This document shows, one piece after another, positions 1 through 8,470 of a stretch of DNA of 64,000 nucleotides. The notes below the pieces were generated by a model. The model was not told the origin of the DNA, searched no databases, and saw nothing but the letters and a program-made list of their open reading frames with translations. Location of the stretch: positions 4,825 to 68,824 of the forward strand of contig JAFGCB010000023.1 of the NCBI GenBank assembly GCA_016932855.1, in the 5' to 3' direction. Both the position numbers and the translations under genes were made by a program. This DNA is from Candidatus Omnitrophota bacterium (GTDB lineage Bacteria; Omnitrophota; Gorgyraeia; Duberdicusellales; Duberdicusellaceae). Position 1 is the first letter of the stretch. Every line of letters begins with the position of its first letter.

Positions 1-226
1 CTTGAATATCCTCAAGCCGTGAAGAAAGATCCTTATTCTTGGAAAGAAGAGATTTATTCTCATCTTTATATTTCTCCGCTAGCCTGGCCAAATCCTCGTT
101 ATCTTTAACAAGCTTTTCCTTCTCCTTAAATAGGTTTTGGGACTCAGTGTAAAAACGAAAAGTAAAAAAAGTGCTTCCTAAAAAGAGTAGAACTAGTATT
201 ATGATGGGGACTTTACTTTTGTCCAT
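1..226 (-). CDS. Partial CDS (3' end beyond window start): small membrane-anchored coiled-coil protein, candidate FtsB/DivIC-like septum-formation initiator
   Basis: ATG at 226..224 follows GGAGG (233-237 on the minus strand, 6-nt spacer). Translation MDKSKVPIIILVLLFLGSTFFTFRFYTESQNLFKEKEKLVKDNEDLARLAEKYKDENKSLLSKNKDLSSRLEDIQ stays open to coordinate 1. N-terminal TM helix, then a K/E/L-rich coiled coil. Absent from the ORF track because it is partial. Confidence 0.45.
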   Translation of the reverse strand, partial: MDKSKVPIIILVLLFLGSTFFTFRFYTESQNLFKEKEKLVKDNEDLARLAEKYKDENKSLLSKNKDLSSRLEDIQ

Positions 227-351
227 CAATCACCTCCTTATACTAGGATTATATACAATTCTTAAATATCTGTAAAGATATTTCTTAATCTTTACGCTTA
301 ATAGACTAAACTGGAATATTAAAATTTATATGTTAAAAACAAAATCTCTGG

Positions 352-1542
352 CTAAGCGTAAGCAAAGATATTTCTTACTACAAGATTAGCCGCGCCTAAA
401 GCAACGGCCTCTGTGCCTAAAGAAGAAGGGACAACTTTCAGATTATTAACCATTTCATCAAAGGCGTGATTTTTAATATTTTTATAAATGCTCTCTACAA
501 AATCGAAGCCTCCCTTCTCCAGGCCCCCTCCTATTATAACCACCTGGGGATTAAAAATATTTATCAGCATTGCTATTTTTATCCCTAAGGCCCTGGCGGC
601 TTCATTAATCAGCTCTTTTACTTTTGCATCTTTCCCGGCCCAGGAAAAAACATCATCTAGATTATGGACGCTTTCCGCGGTCTCTTTATTTAAAACTTTT
701 CTCGTTCTTTCGACGAGGCCTAAATCGTAAGACCATTGTTTAAAGAAAGAATAGCTTCCCAAGTAAGAAGCCTCTTCCTGAGGCTGGGAATTTATAAAAA
801 GCTCGCCTGCGCAGCCGTCGTTACCGGTATAAAGCTCGCCGTTAATCATCATTCCGCAGCCTACTCCCGAAAACATATATATCACGTTCTTTACCTCGGG
901 ATCCAGAGAAAGCCAATATTCGGCGAAACAGGCAAGGTTGGCGTCATTGCCGATAAACACGGGTATTCCGAACTTCTCCTCCAAAAACCCCTTAAGCGGC
1001 ATGGATATATAAGAATAAAAAAGCTGGCCGTTCTCTTTCTGGGGCCAGCGAATAACCCCTTTTTTATTGTCCACCACTCCGCCGATGCCGACGCCTATAC
1101 CCCGGACCTTTTCTTTATCGCCCTTGGCGAAGTTAAATAATTCCTCTCCTATTGAAAGAACGGTATCTATAATTTCGTTGGGCATGCGGGTGGGTTTTTC
1201 ACGCTTGTATTTATATACGACTTTTCCCTCTAAATCCGTAATCACACCGATGCTGCTGAAAAGATTTACGCCTATTCCGAAAGAATAGGCTGCCTTAGAG
1301 TTAATATCCAAAAGCATAGGCGGCCTTCCTCCGGAGGAAGTATCATACTCCTTCTCATAAACTATATTCTGGGCTATGAGCCGATCCAGATAATGAGATA
1401 TCGTAACCGGGTTAATCCCTGAAGCCTTGGAAATGTCCGCCCTGCTTAAAGGGCCTTTTCTTCTTAAGATCTCTAAGATCAAGAAACTCCTTCTTGAACG
1501 CTCGGTCATTTCCTCTTCAAATAATGGCCGCTCTTTATCCAT
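352..1542 (-). CDS. ROK-family transcriptional regulator (NagC/XylR-like: N-terminal winged-HTH plus sugar-kinase-like domain)
   Basis: N-terminal HTH (SFLILEILRRKGPLSRADISKASGINPVTISHYLDRL). ROK glycine-rich ATP-fold motifs (GIGVGIGGVVD, DANLACFAEYW). Cys/His zinc motif region GVGCGMMINGELYTGNDGCAGELF. GGGAGG RBS about 6 nt upstream of the ATG. Confidence 0.85.
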   Translation of the reverse strand: MDKERPLFEEEMTERSRRSFLILEILRRKGPLSRADISKASGINPVTISHYLDRLIAQNIVYEKEYDTSSGGRPPMLLDINSKAAYSFGIGVNLFSSIGVITDLEGKVVYKYKREKPTRMPNEIIDTVLSIGEELFNFAKGDKEKVRGIGVGIGGVVDNKKGVIRWPQKENGQLFYSYISMPLKGFLEEKFGIPVFIGNDANLACFAEYWLSLDPEVKNVIYMFSGVGCGMMINGELYTGNDGCAGELFINSQPQEEASYLGSYSFFKQWSYDLGLVERTRKVLNKETAESVHNLDDVFSWAGKDAKVKELINEAARALGIKIAMLINIFNPQVVIIGGGLEKGGFDFVESIYKNIKNHAFDEMVNNLKVVPSSLGTEAVALGAANLVVRNIFAYA

Positions 1543-1818
1543 TAACTATAACCTCCCTAAATAATTCAATATCTGACTAAAAAAACAGATTGCTTTACAA
1601 TCCAGGGCTCTTAAGCTAAATATACCTAACCAGCCAACACACACCCTTTTAAAAATTTTACCAAAACAATACGTTTTTTCAATATTAAAATTAAATTTGA
1701 TGCCTTTATGCCAAACCGGCTCCGCAAAGAAACATAAGCCTAAAATTGATTAAATCTGAGAATACTCTATATTTTGGAATGATTAAAAGGGGCTTTTAGT
1801 AAGACGCCTAAGGCGGGT

Positions 1819-3474
1819 CTACTTAACAACAAGAGGGACTCTTTGGGTATAGATTTCTCTGCCCAGGAAAAAGATAGATAAATCAAGAGCGTAATCACCG
1901 GATCTCTCGAAGGAACGAGAAAATTGCCTTTCCTGCACCTCAGCTATCATCATATTGTCTTTTTCTATCCTCCAAGAAAAGCCTAAAAGAGCCTCCGGTA
2001 AGCTAGGTTCTATAACAGCCTCAAAAGTAATGTTTTTATCCTTATCATCCTTAAAAGATATATCCAAGCCATAAATATTGATAAGTGCGGCGTCAGCACC
2101 CAGTATGCCCTTGGGTATTCTTTCCGCCAGACTCAATACTTTAAAACCTTCTTTTTTAAAAGAGGTGAAAAAAGCAGGCACATTTGTGGTTATCTTTACC
2201 TCGCCTAAGTCTCCTGACCATAAAAAAAGCCCTTCCGGAGCTAAACAGCCTGTTTCCGGTAAGAAAGAAGTGCTTTTAATCTCTATTTTTTCTCCTATAA
2301 AAGCCTTAAAAGGCCTGGCTTCCACCTGCAAAACCCCGTCTGCGCAGGTCTCTTCTTGAGACAAAAAATCCCAAAATGCTCTCTGGCTGTAATCAAACTC
2401 GCTTAAGGCCTGATCTTTATTAATAATCTCAAGCTGTTCAGCTGCATGGGTATTTCTTTTGGCTACCTTATTGAAATAAATCTTGGCTTTATCGAAATCT
2501 TTAAGTTTATACATATATATGAATCCCGAACGCAAGGCCACCTCGTCAAAAAGTAAAGACCCAGGATAAGCCTTAAGAAATTCTTCATAAATTTTTAAGG
2601 CCCTCTCATACTCAAAAGCCCTCTCAAGATTATAGCCTCTAATGTATAACAAATCCTCATTTAGAGAAAAGTCGAAATCCTTATCCAGCTTGTCAAAGAG
2701 CTCTTCTGCGAAATAGGGAGCGCACTGCTGATTAAATCCGTCACAGGATGTCCTGCCGATAAGGTTTAGAATATTTCTCTTGAGTTGGTTCTTATCTTCG
2801 ATTAAAGAAAGACAAGCTTTAGATAAAACTACGAAATTATCCAAATCTTCATTAAGATAAAAACTTTCGGCCTCTGATTTTAGAAAATATTCCGAGCCGG
2901 AACTTTTAAGAATCTTTATGTACAAAGAGGACAGCTTGCGCTTTATGTCTCTTTTCGGCTCGGCGCTTAACTCTGAAATTGCTGTTTTAAGAAAGGAAAG
3001 GGTCTTAGGGGTAGCTGACTTTATAGCGCTTACCTGGCTTAAGAAGCTTTCAAAAATATCTTTTTTCGATTTCTTTCCCAAGAATTCTTTTAGCCTGAAA
3101 AGAAGGTATTCCGCCTTAAGCCTTAAATGCTGAGGCTCTTTTATCTGGGCGGCTAATCTCTCTACTTCCTCTTCATAGGAATCCCGGAAAGTAAAGAAAT
3201 TCTCCCAGTCTTTCTCGTCCTGCCACTTCTTAAGCTTCGAAAATAACTCCTCGGCCCTCTCGATGTTTTTCTCGGAAGATGCCTCTAGCTTATCTAGCTC
3301 TTGGGCCCTAAGAGGCGCAAAAAACACCGTCCCTAAAAGCAACAAAAAGCCTAAGCTTAATGCCTTAAAGAAAAATCCTGAATTGTTTTTATGTTTTACG
3401 GCTTTTGACTTTTGGCTTTTGACTTTTGACTTGACTGGCTTATTCATCTTCCAAGAATTTCTGGGGGCTGGCAA
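1819..3474 (-). CDS. Hypothetical membrane-anchored/secreted protein with Lys-rich N-terminus (alternative start at Met10, coordinate 3447)
   Basis: KSKVKSQKSKAVKHK n-region, then a hydrophobic helix FFFKALSLGFLLLLGTVFFAPLRAQE and a roughly 480-aa helical/coiled-coil-rich body. No enzyme motif recognised. Overlaps the upstream GH gene by 8-35 nt depending on the start used. Confidence 0.5.
   Translation of the reverse strand: MPAPRNSWKMNKPVKSKVKSQKSKAVKHKNNSGFFFKALSLGFLLLLGTVFFAPLRAQELDKLEASSEKNIERAEELFSKLKKWQDEKDWENFFTFRDSYEEEVERLAAQIKEPQHLRLKAEYLLFRLKEFLGKKSKKDIFESFLSQVSAIKSATPKTLSFLKTAISELSAEPKRDIKRKLSSLYIKILKSSGSEYFLKSEAESFYLNEDLDNFVVLSKACLSLIEDKNQLKRNILNLIGRTSCDGFNQQCAPYFAEELFDKLDKDFDFSLNEDLLYIRGYNLERAFEYERALKIYEEFLKAYPGSLLFDEVALRSGFIYMYKLKDFDKAKIYFNKVAKRNTHAAEQLEIINKDQALSEFDYSQRAFWDFLSQEETCADGVLQVEARPFKAFIGEKIEIKSTSFLPETGCLAPEGLFLWSGDLGEVKITTNVPAFFTSFKKEGFKVLSLAERIPKGILGADAALINIYGLDISFKDDKDKNITFEAVIEPSLPEALLGFSWRIEKDNMMIAEVQERQFSRSFERSGDYALDLSIFFLGREIYTQRVPLVVK
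3401..3428. repeat. Heptanucleotide tandem repeat (GCTTTTG/ACTTTTG)x4 in the 5' coding region of the 1819..3474 gene
   Basis: gcttttg acttttg gcttttg acttttg read directly. Encodes the KSKVKSQKSK n-region. Unit length is not a multiple of 3. Confidence 0.9.
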
Positions 3475-4666
3475 AGAAATCCCTCAAAACATAGTAGGCT
3501 TTACGGGGTTTTTTAAGGAAAGTTCCTTCTTCGTCTTTGCTGAAAGCTGTTATTCCGAACCATTCTTCGTTCATATTTAAATTCCTGGACACTTTTATGT
3601 CAAAATAATAAGAGCCGTTTGACCACCCGCCCAGGGTATCGTGATATACCCATCGGCAGCTGTCCGAAGGGTTATATTTCCACCATTCATCGTTCCATTC
3701 AAAAATAATCCCTCCCAGGCAGTTACCTTCGGGGATCCTCTCGAAAGTATTCTTGTAGATGTCTAACCACTGAAAAAGCAAGAATTCAGCCTGGATATCC
3801 TGGTCTTCCTTGTTGCGATAGGCATCATAAGCATCGCAGCCCATCTCGGCGATAAGAACAGGTTTATCAAAAATGCTCTTTACTGAGTTAAAAATATTCC
3901 CGAATCTTTTTCCTCTATAAAAAATCAAAGCCAGCAAATCCACGTCTTTGGCATATTTTGCGGCGATATCCAAAGTAATCAGCTCCCCGTTTCCTAAGGC
4001 TACGGGATGGCCTTGGTCTATTTCTTTTATACCTTTACTGATATCATTCATTAAGCTGTAATAAATCTCCGCCTTCTTGCATATCTTCTGGGAAGGATCC
4101 TCTATGGCATCAGCTTGGGGACAAGGCCAGGGATTTACCTTGCCTGAAAAAGAATAGTTGTTTTCATTGCCAAGAATCCACATCAAAAGCCCTTCCTCGT
4201 CTTTTAAGGCTTCTACCATCTCCAAAACTTCTTTTTTAACCTCTTCTCTGAACTTCTCGTCGCCGTAAAAAGGGCAAGGATAATTCCAGAAACCTACCCA
4301 ATGACCCATTACAGTGTAAATGCCGTTCTTATAAAACTGTCTGATTACTTTCTTGGTCTTCTCTAAATCCGGACTGGGAACATAAAGCCGCACTACGTTA
4401 AAGCCCGCTTCCTTTAGCAACTTGGCGTCTTTATCTATCGCATCTAAATCCTGCCAAAAGTCGTAATTATAGTCGCTTCCCGGCGGGACAGGGTGATAGA
4501 CAACTCCTTTTACCAGAAAAGGCTGGCCGTCTACAATAAGCTTGTAGCCTTTTTCCGGGGTGCTTTTAATCTCTACTTTAACAGCCCGGGCGTCATTGCA
4601 AAATGCAAAATGCAAAATGCAAAATGCAAAGGCTGCAAGAAATAGTAATTTTCTCATAGCTATCAC
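3440..4666 (-). CDS. Secreted glycoside hydrolase, clan GH-A (beta/alpha)8 barrel (GH5/GH2-like); probable true start ATG 4657..4655
   Basis: Signal peptide MRKLLFLAAFAFCILHFAFCNDARA. LMWILGNENNY fits the GH-A acid/base NE(P) motif. VLIAEMGCDAY is a nucleophile-strand candidate. Aromatic-rich GGIIFEWNDEWWK. Paralogous to the C-terminal half of 6034..8355. Confidence 0.7.
   Translation of the reverse strand: MIAMRKLLFLAAFAFCILHFAFCNDARAVKVEIKSTPEKGYKLIVDGQPFLVKGVVYHPVPPGSDYNYDFWQDLDAIDKDAKLLKEAGFNVVRLYVPSPDLEKTKKVIRQFYKNGIYTVMGHWVGFWNYPCPFYGDEKFREEVKKEVLEMVEALKDEEGLLMWILGNENNYSFSGKVNPWPCPQADAIEDPSQKICKKAEIYYSLMNDISKGIKEIDQGHPVALGNGELITLDIAAKYAKDVDLLALIFYRGKRFGNIFNSVKSIFDKPVLIAEMGCDAYDAYRNKEDQDIQAEFLLFQWLDIYKNTFERIPEGNCLGGIIFEWNDEWWKYNPSDSCRWVYHDTLGGWSNGSYYFDIKVSRNLNMNEEWFGITAFSKDEEGTFLKKPRKAYYVLRDFFASPQKFLEDE
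4597..4631. repeat. Heptanucleotide tandem repeat (TGCAAAA)x4 plus one imperfect unit in the signal-peptide coding region of the GH gene
   Basis: tgcaaaa x4 then tgcaaag. Encodes AFAFCILHFAFC. Confidence 0.9.
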
Positions 4667-4712
4667 TTGCTATACTAAAGCGGATATTTAAGGCTGTCCA
4701 CCGCCTTAATTC

Positions 4713-4747
4713 TATACGCTACCCGCTATCCGCTATACGCTAAACAC
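4713..4747. repeat. Degenerate heptanucleotide tandem repeat (TAYMCGC)x5 in the intergenic/promoter region upstream of the GH gene
   Basis: tatacgc tacccgc tatccgc tatacgc taaacac, 56-92 nt upstream of the ATG at 4657. The last unit overlaps the stop codon of the 4747..5892 gene. Confidence 0.8.
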
Positions 4748-5892
4748 TACTGCCCTTCGTACTTTATCTCATCCAGATAAAAGGTTGCTCCTTCGGGATT
4801 AACATCGGCATTGGTAGTCCAGCAAAAACCTCCGATAACATAGGATAAATCCTTGCCTCTTAAATCAATGGTGTATTGCTTCCAGTCTTTAGTCAAAACA
4901 ACCGGGCCGATTCCCGCTGAGTCGGAATCGGAATATTCACCCATGATTCCGCCCATCTTGAACTCTTCAATTCTTTCACCGCCGTTTTCACCCTTAGCCC
5001 AGAAAGTAAGCTTGGTTGCGCCTGATAAATCAAAGCCGCCGTCTCTAGAACCCCAGTTATTTACCGGGTTCTGCCAATAAATACCTGACCAACGGGCACC
5101 CTGAGTTCCTTCAGCGGTATAGACAACTTTCATACAGGAAGAACCTGAATAGGCGCTGCCTTTGTAATTTACATTTATCCTTACGTCTCCGAAATCACCC
5201 ATGTAACCGGAAGGAATATAGTGGTTATCTAAAGAGCTTCCGTCGGCGTAGACATAGAAAGGAAACCCGATTTTCATGGATTCCGGCTCAAGAGTAGGAT
5301 CAAAGAGGTAATAGATATCGTCTAAGTAAACAGTTGCCCCTCCGACAGTCTGGTCAGCTGAAAACATCACGCAGAAGCCGCCGCTTATGTAAGATAAATC
5401 CAATCCGGCTAAATTCACCGAGTATTCCTGCCAGGTGGATGTAAGCTGAATCGGGCCTGCCTCTTTTTCTCCTGAATCAGGAAAAGCAACCTCTGTCCCT
5501 AGGCCCATGCCTCCAACTTTTACTTTGTTTATTACTTCTGTGCCGTTCTGGCCTCTGGCCTTAAAAACCAGCTTGTTAAAACCGGTTAAATCGAATCCGC
5601 CTTTGCGGTTACCCCAGTTGTTAGGCGGAGACTGCCAGTAAATGCCTGCCCACGCCCGGCCTTGAGTTCTCTTTCCGGAATAAACTATTTTTATACAAGT
5701 AGCTCCTGAAGCGGGTTCCTCCATATTCTGGTCATCCAGGCTTAAATCTCCCACATCTCCCATCCAGCCGCTCGGCGCGTAATGATTGGAAGGAGAATTT
5801 CCGTCGGTGTAAACGTCGAACTTCTTATCTTCCTGAGCATAACCTAAAGAAACAATCCCTGAGATTAACAAGAGAATCAAAATTCGCTTCAT
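4747..5892 (-). CDS. Secreted protein with two tandem ~170-aa beta-sandwich repeats (carbohydrate-binding-module-like)
   Basis: Signal peptide MKRILILLLISGIVSLGYAQ. Two internal repeats: YTDGNSPSNHYAPSGWMGD..GIYWQSPPNNWG..GGFDLTGFNKLVF..ATVYLDDIYY and YADGSSLDNHYIPSGYMGD..GIYWQNPVNNWG..GGFDLSGATKLTF..ATFYLDEIKY. Sits between the two GH genes. Confidence 0.6.
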   Translation of the reverse strand: MKRILILLLISGIVSLGYAQEDKKFDVYTDGNSPSNHYAPSGWMGDVGDLSLDDQNMEEPASGATCIKIVYSGKRTQGRAWAGIYWQSPPNNWGNRKGGFDLTGFNKLVFKARGQNGTEVINKVKVGGMGLGTEVAFPDSGEKEAGPIQLTSTWQEYSVNLAGLDLSYISGGFCVMFSADQTVGGATVYLDDIYYLFDPTLEPESMKIGFPFYVYADGSSLDNHYIPSGYMGDFGDVRINVNYKGSAYSGSSCMKVVYTAEGTQGARWSGIYWQNPVNNWGSRDGGFDLSGATKLTFWAKGENGGERIEEFKMGGIMGEYSDSDSAGIGPVVLTKDWKQYTIDLRGKDLSYVIGGFCWTTNADVNPEGATFYLDEIKYEGQ

Positions 5893-6033
5893 ACTCTGCC
5901 TCCTTTCGTGTTTTTAACATCTGGCTTAAGCTCCTAATCTTTGGATTATTTTGCTCACCCCCTTACCTATATAATATATAAACGCCTCCCAAATTGATAA
6001 TTTTAAATTGCTAATTTTACATTTTAACTTTTA

Positions 6034-8355
6034 TTATCTATTCCAAAGAGCTTTATAGGCAAAATAAGCCTTTTTAAGCTGGCGCAAGAAGGGAGAGTTT
6101 CTTCCGTCTCCTTGACCGACTAAGCCTAACCATTCCTCATGCATGTGTCCGTCTAAGAAAGGTCCGGTAAATAACCCTTCCTTATCATGGTATCCGGGCT
6201 CGTAAGCCTTCCACCACTCATCAAGCCACTCAAAGACTACCCCGCCCAGGGCCGAGCCGGCTCCTGAACCGGCAAGGTTGTTTTCAATATCTTGCCAGCA
6301 GCCCCGGTGATACTCCTCCTGAAAACCTTCGGCCTCCTCAAGAGTGTAACCTTTAGCGATGCTGGCAGCCCCATATTCAGTTACCAAACAAGGCTTGCCT
6401 GTATAATCTCTTACGTCCTGCCAGAAAGAGCCAAATCCGTATTTTCCTCTGTAAATATTAGCTCCGAATATATCTACATTGCCGCTGTGCTCGGCGAATA
6501 AATCTAAATAGAGCGTATCGCCTGAACAGATACCCACCGGCCGGCGGCCCGAATCTTTTTCTTTTACGAACTGCGCGGCCTTATCTACAAACTTAAAAAA
6601 ACTTGCCGGGTCTTTATCGGCATTACAAGCAACTCCGTAAACGTTCTCATTGCCTAAGAGCCACATAAGAATATAGGGTTCATCCTTAAACTCCTTAAGC
6701 ATCTCTTCTATGTTCTTTAGCATATTAGCCTGGTGTTCAGGATTGGAGTAATCCGTGCCTTTCTCCCATGAGGCGCCGCTTCCGAAGGCGTATTTTCCCA
6801 AAAAATTCCCCATTATGGTCATTATCCCGTAATCCTGGTAGAGCTTTCTTAGAATTTTTTTATCGGGCGTATTGGGCTGGTAATAGACTCTTATGCAATT
6901 TACACCCATTTCCTTAAGAAGCTTAAAATCGCCGACCGTTTTCTCGTCGGGGTCTTTTTCATTATCACGGTTTTTATCGACCCAGGCTTCGAACGGCGCG
7001 TCGATTATATTGTTATCATTGGTGTCCTGAAGCGTCCAGTTAGCCATGGTCTGTTCATCCGGGGACTCACCCACCCGGGTAGGAAAATAAGTTATGGCTT
7101 TAATGATAAAAGGCTTGCCTTCAACCAGCAGCCTCCAGTCTGAATTCTTGTACTTAACAAGCTTTACCTTATCGCCTTTTTCTTCTACGACCGGGCCTAA
7201 GAAATATTTCCTTTTAAGGCCGCGCAGGCTGTCAAAGATACTTTTCCTTACGAACTTCCCCGGGTCCACTATAAAAACATCGTTTCTTATATCGGAATCA
7301 AACCCGTTTTCTATCTTAATACTGGCCCCCTCAAGCCTAAGCCCCAGTTCAGTATGCCTTCTTAAAAGATACTCAATCCTGCTTAAGGCGGCCGGGGCCA
7401 CATACCAGGGAGTCGACCAGTAAGTCCAGGCATAGGTTTTAGGAAAATGCACCACCACCGCATAATAAGCTTTTATCGCCTGGGTGATAAGACCGCTTCT
7501 TTCCAATAGATCACCGAGATAAAACTGCTTTACTCCCCAGGGCTCACCGCAGATATTCCATTTATAAAAAGCAAGGCTTAAATCCCGGCTGTTTAGGACC
7601 TGCCAGTGATCAACCTTAAAAAGCTTCTTCTTAAGCTTTATGAACTCCGGGTCATACCTAAAAGATGTGGTATTGGGATATACCCCTTCCCCGCAGGCCA
7701 TGGATAAACCTTCCTGGTCTCTTATTTCGTATTTGTAATCTTTAGTCCCTGCTCCTTTAAATTCCCCGTATTTCTCATAATCAACCGGGAATTGGCCCTT
7801 TCCGTCAGATAAAACAATGTCGGTTATGACCATTTCTTCTTCTTCTTTCTCTTTAATTTCGCCGGTAGTAAGTTTGCTTAAAGTAGCTTCTGCCTTCTCT
7901 TTAATGGACCAAAACCAACCCCGGGGATCCCAGGCTAGAGCATAAGGATATTTATCGATTAAAGTCTTAAATAATTCTTTAGCCTCGGAGATTTTTACCT
8001 CTCTCATAAGAGCCTCGCCCTTAATAAAATAACAAGTGGCCACGTCATTCATTGCCTTGCATGCATCAGCGCTTTCTTTGGAAGGCAAGCTGCTTAACCC
8101 CGAGGCTATACTGTCAGCTTCAGCCTCAAACTTAAGCATACATTCATCGGTGATTTGATAAACTGCGCTAAAATTCTTCTTGCCCAGCTCATCCCAGCCC
8201 CTCTTTACATAATCCGATGAATCCTGGCCAAAACAGACTAAAGACCAAACCTTGCCTGCCGGCAGGCAGGGACTAAAGACCAAAAAGAAAACAAAGACAG
8301 CCAGTCCTATATTTACCTTTGATTTTATTAACATTTTCGCTTTGAACTTAAGCAT
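6034..8355 (-). CDS. Glycoside hydrolase, clan GH-A paralog with ~380-aa N-terminal extension
   Basis: N-terminal hydrophobic anchor/signal. C-terminal half aligns by eye with 3440..4666: NCIRVYYQPNTPD vs NVVRLYVPSPD, YILMWLLGNENVY vs LMWILGNENNY, LVTEYGAAS vs LIAEMGCDA, GGVVFEWLDEWWK vs GGIIFEWNDEWWK. Confidence 0.7.
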   Translation of the reverse strand: MLKFKAKMLIKSKVNIGLAVFVFFLVFSPCLPAGKVWSLVCFGQDSSDYVKRGWDELGKKNFSAVYQITDECMLKFEAEADSIASGLSSLPSKESADACKAMNDVATCYFIKGEALMREVKISEAKELFKTLIDKYPYALAWDPRGWFWSIKEKAEATLSKLTTGEIKEKEEEEMVITDIVLSDGKGQFPVDYEKYGEFKGAGTKDYKYEIRDQEGLSMACGEGVYPNTTSFRYDPEFIKLKKKLFKVDHWQVLNSRDLSLAFYKWNICGEPWGVKQFYLGDLLERSGLITQAIKAYYAVVVHFPKTYAWTYWSTPWYVAPAALSRIEYLLRRHTELGLRLEGASIKIENGFDSDIRNDVFIVDPGKFVRKSIFDSLRGLKRKYFLGPVVEEKGDKVKLVKYKNSDWRLLVEGKPFIIKAITYFPTRVGESPDEQTMANWTLQDTNDNNIIDAPFEAWVDKNRDNEKDPDEKTVGDFKLLKEMGVNCIRVYYQPNTPDKKILRKLYQDYGIMTIMGNFLGKYAFGSGASWEKGTDYSNPEHQANMLKNIEEMLKEFKDEPYILMWLLGNENVYGVACNADKDPASFFKFVDKAAQFVKEKDSGRRPVGICSGDTLYLDLFAEHSGNVDIFGANIYRGKYGFGSFWQDVRDYTGKPCLVTEYGAASIAKGYTLEEAEGFQEEYHRGCWQDIENNLAGSGAGSALGGVVFEWLDEWWKAYEPGYHDKEGLFTGPFLDGHMHEEWLGLVGQGDGRNSPFLRQLKKAYFAYKALWNR

Positions 8356-8360
8356 AATTC

Positions 8361-8470
8361 CTATGATTTCTCTTCTCCTCTTCTTTCTTCTCCTCTTCTT
8401 TCTTCTCCGCGTCTTTCTATTGTTCTTCTTTCTTCTTTTCGTCTTTCTTCTCTTCGTCTTTCGACCTGCA
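8361..8470. repeat. About 110-nt polypyrimidine (CT-rich) tract with 15-nt periodicity, encoding the EERR-repeat tail of the MFS transporter
   Basis: ttctcctcttctttc repeated, with variants. The plus strand is almost pure C/T from 8361 to about 8470. Confidence 0.85.

Noticed and set aside
257-380. 15-bp direct repeat aaagatatttcttaa/c (273-290, 363-380) and small palindrome aaatatctgtaaagatattt as a ROK operator or terminator
   Set aside because: No U-tract for a terminator. One copy overlaps the ROK stop codon. With no operator consensus to compare, it is an AT-rich coincidence until shown otherwise.
488-1288. Plus-strand ORFs 488..730, 736..1140, 1067..1288
   Set aside because: Fully embedded antisense to the ROK regulator gene and low complexity.
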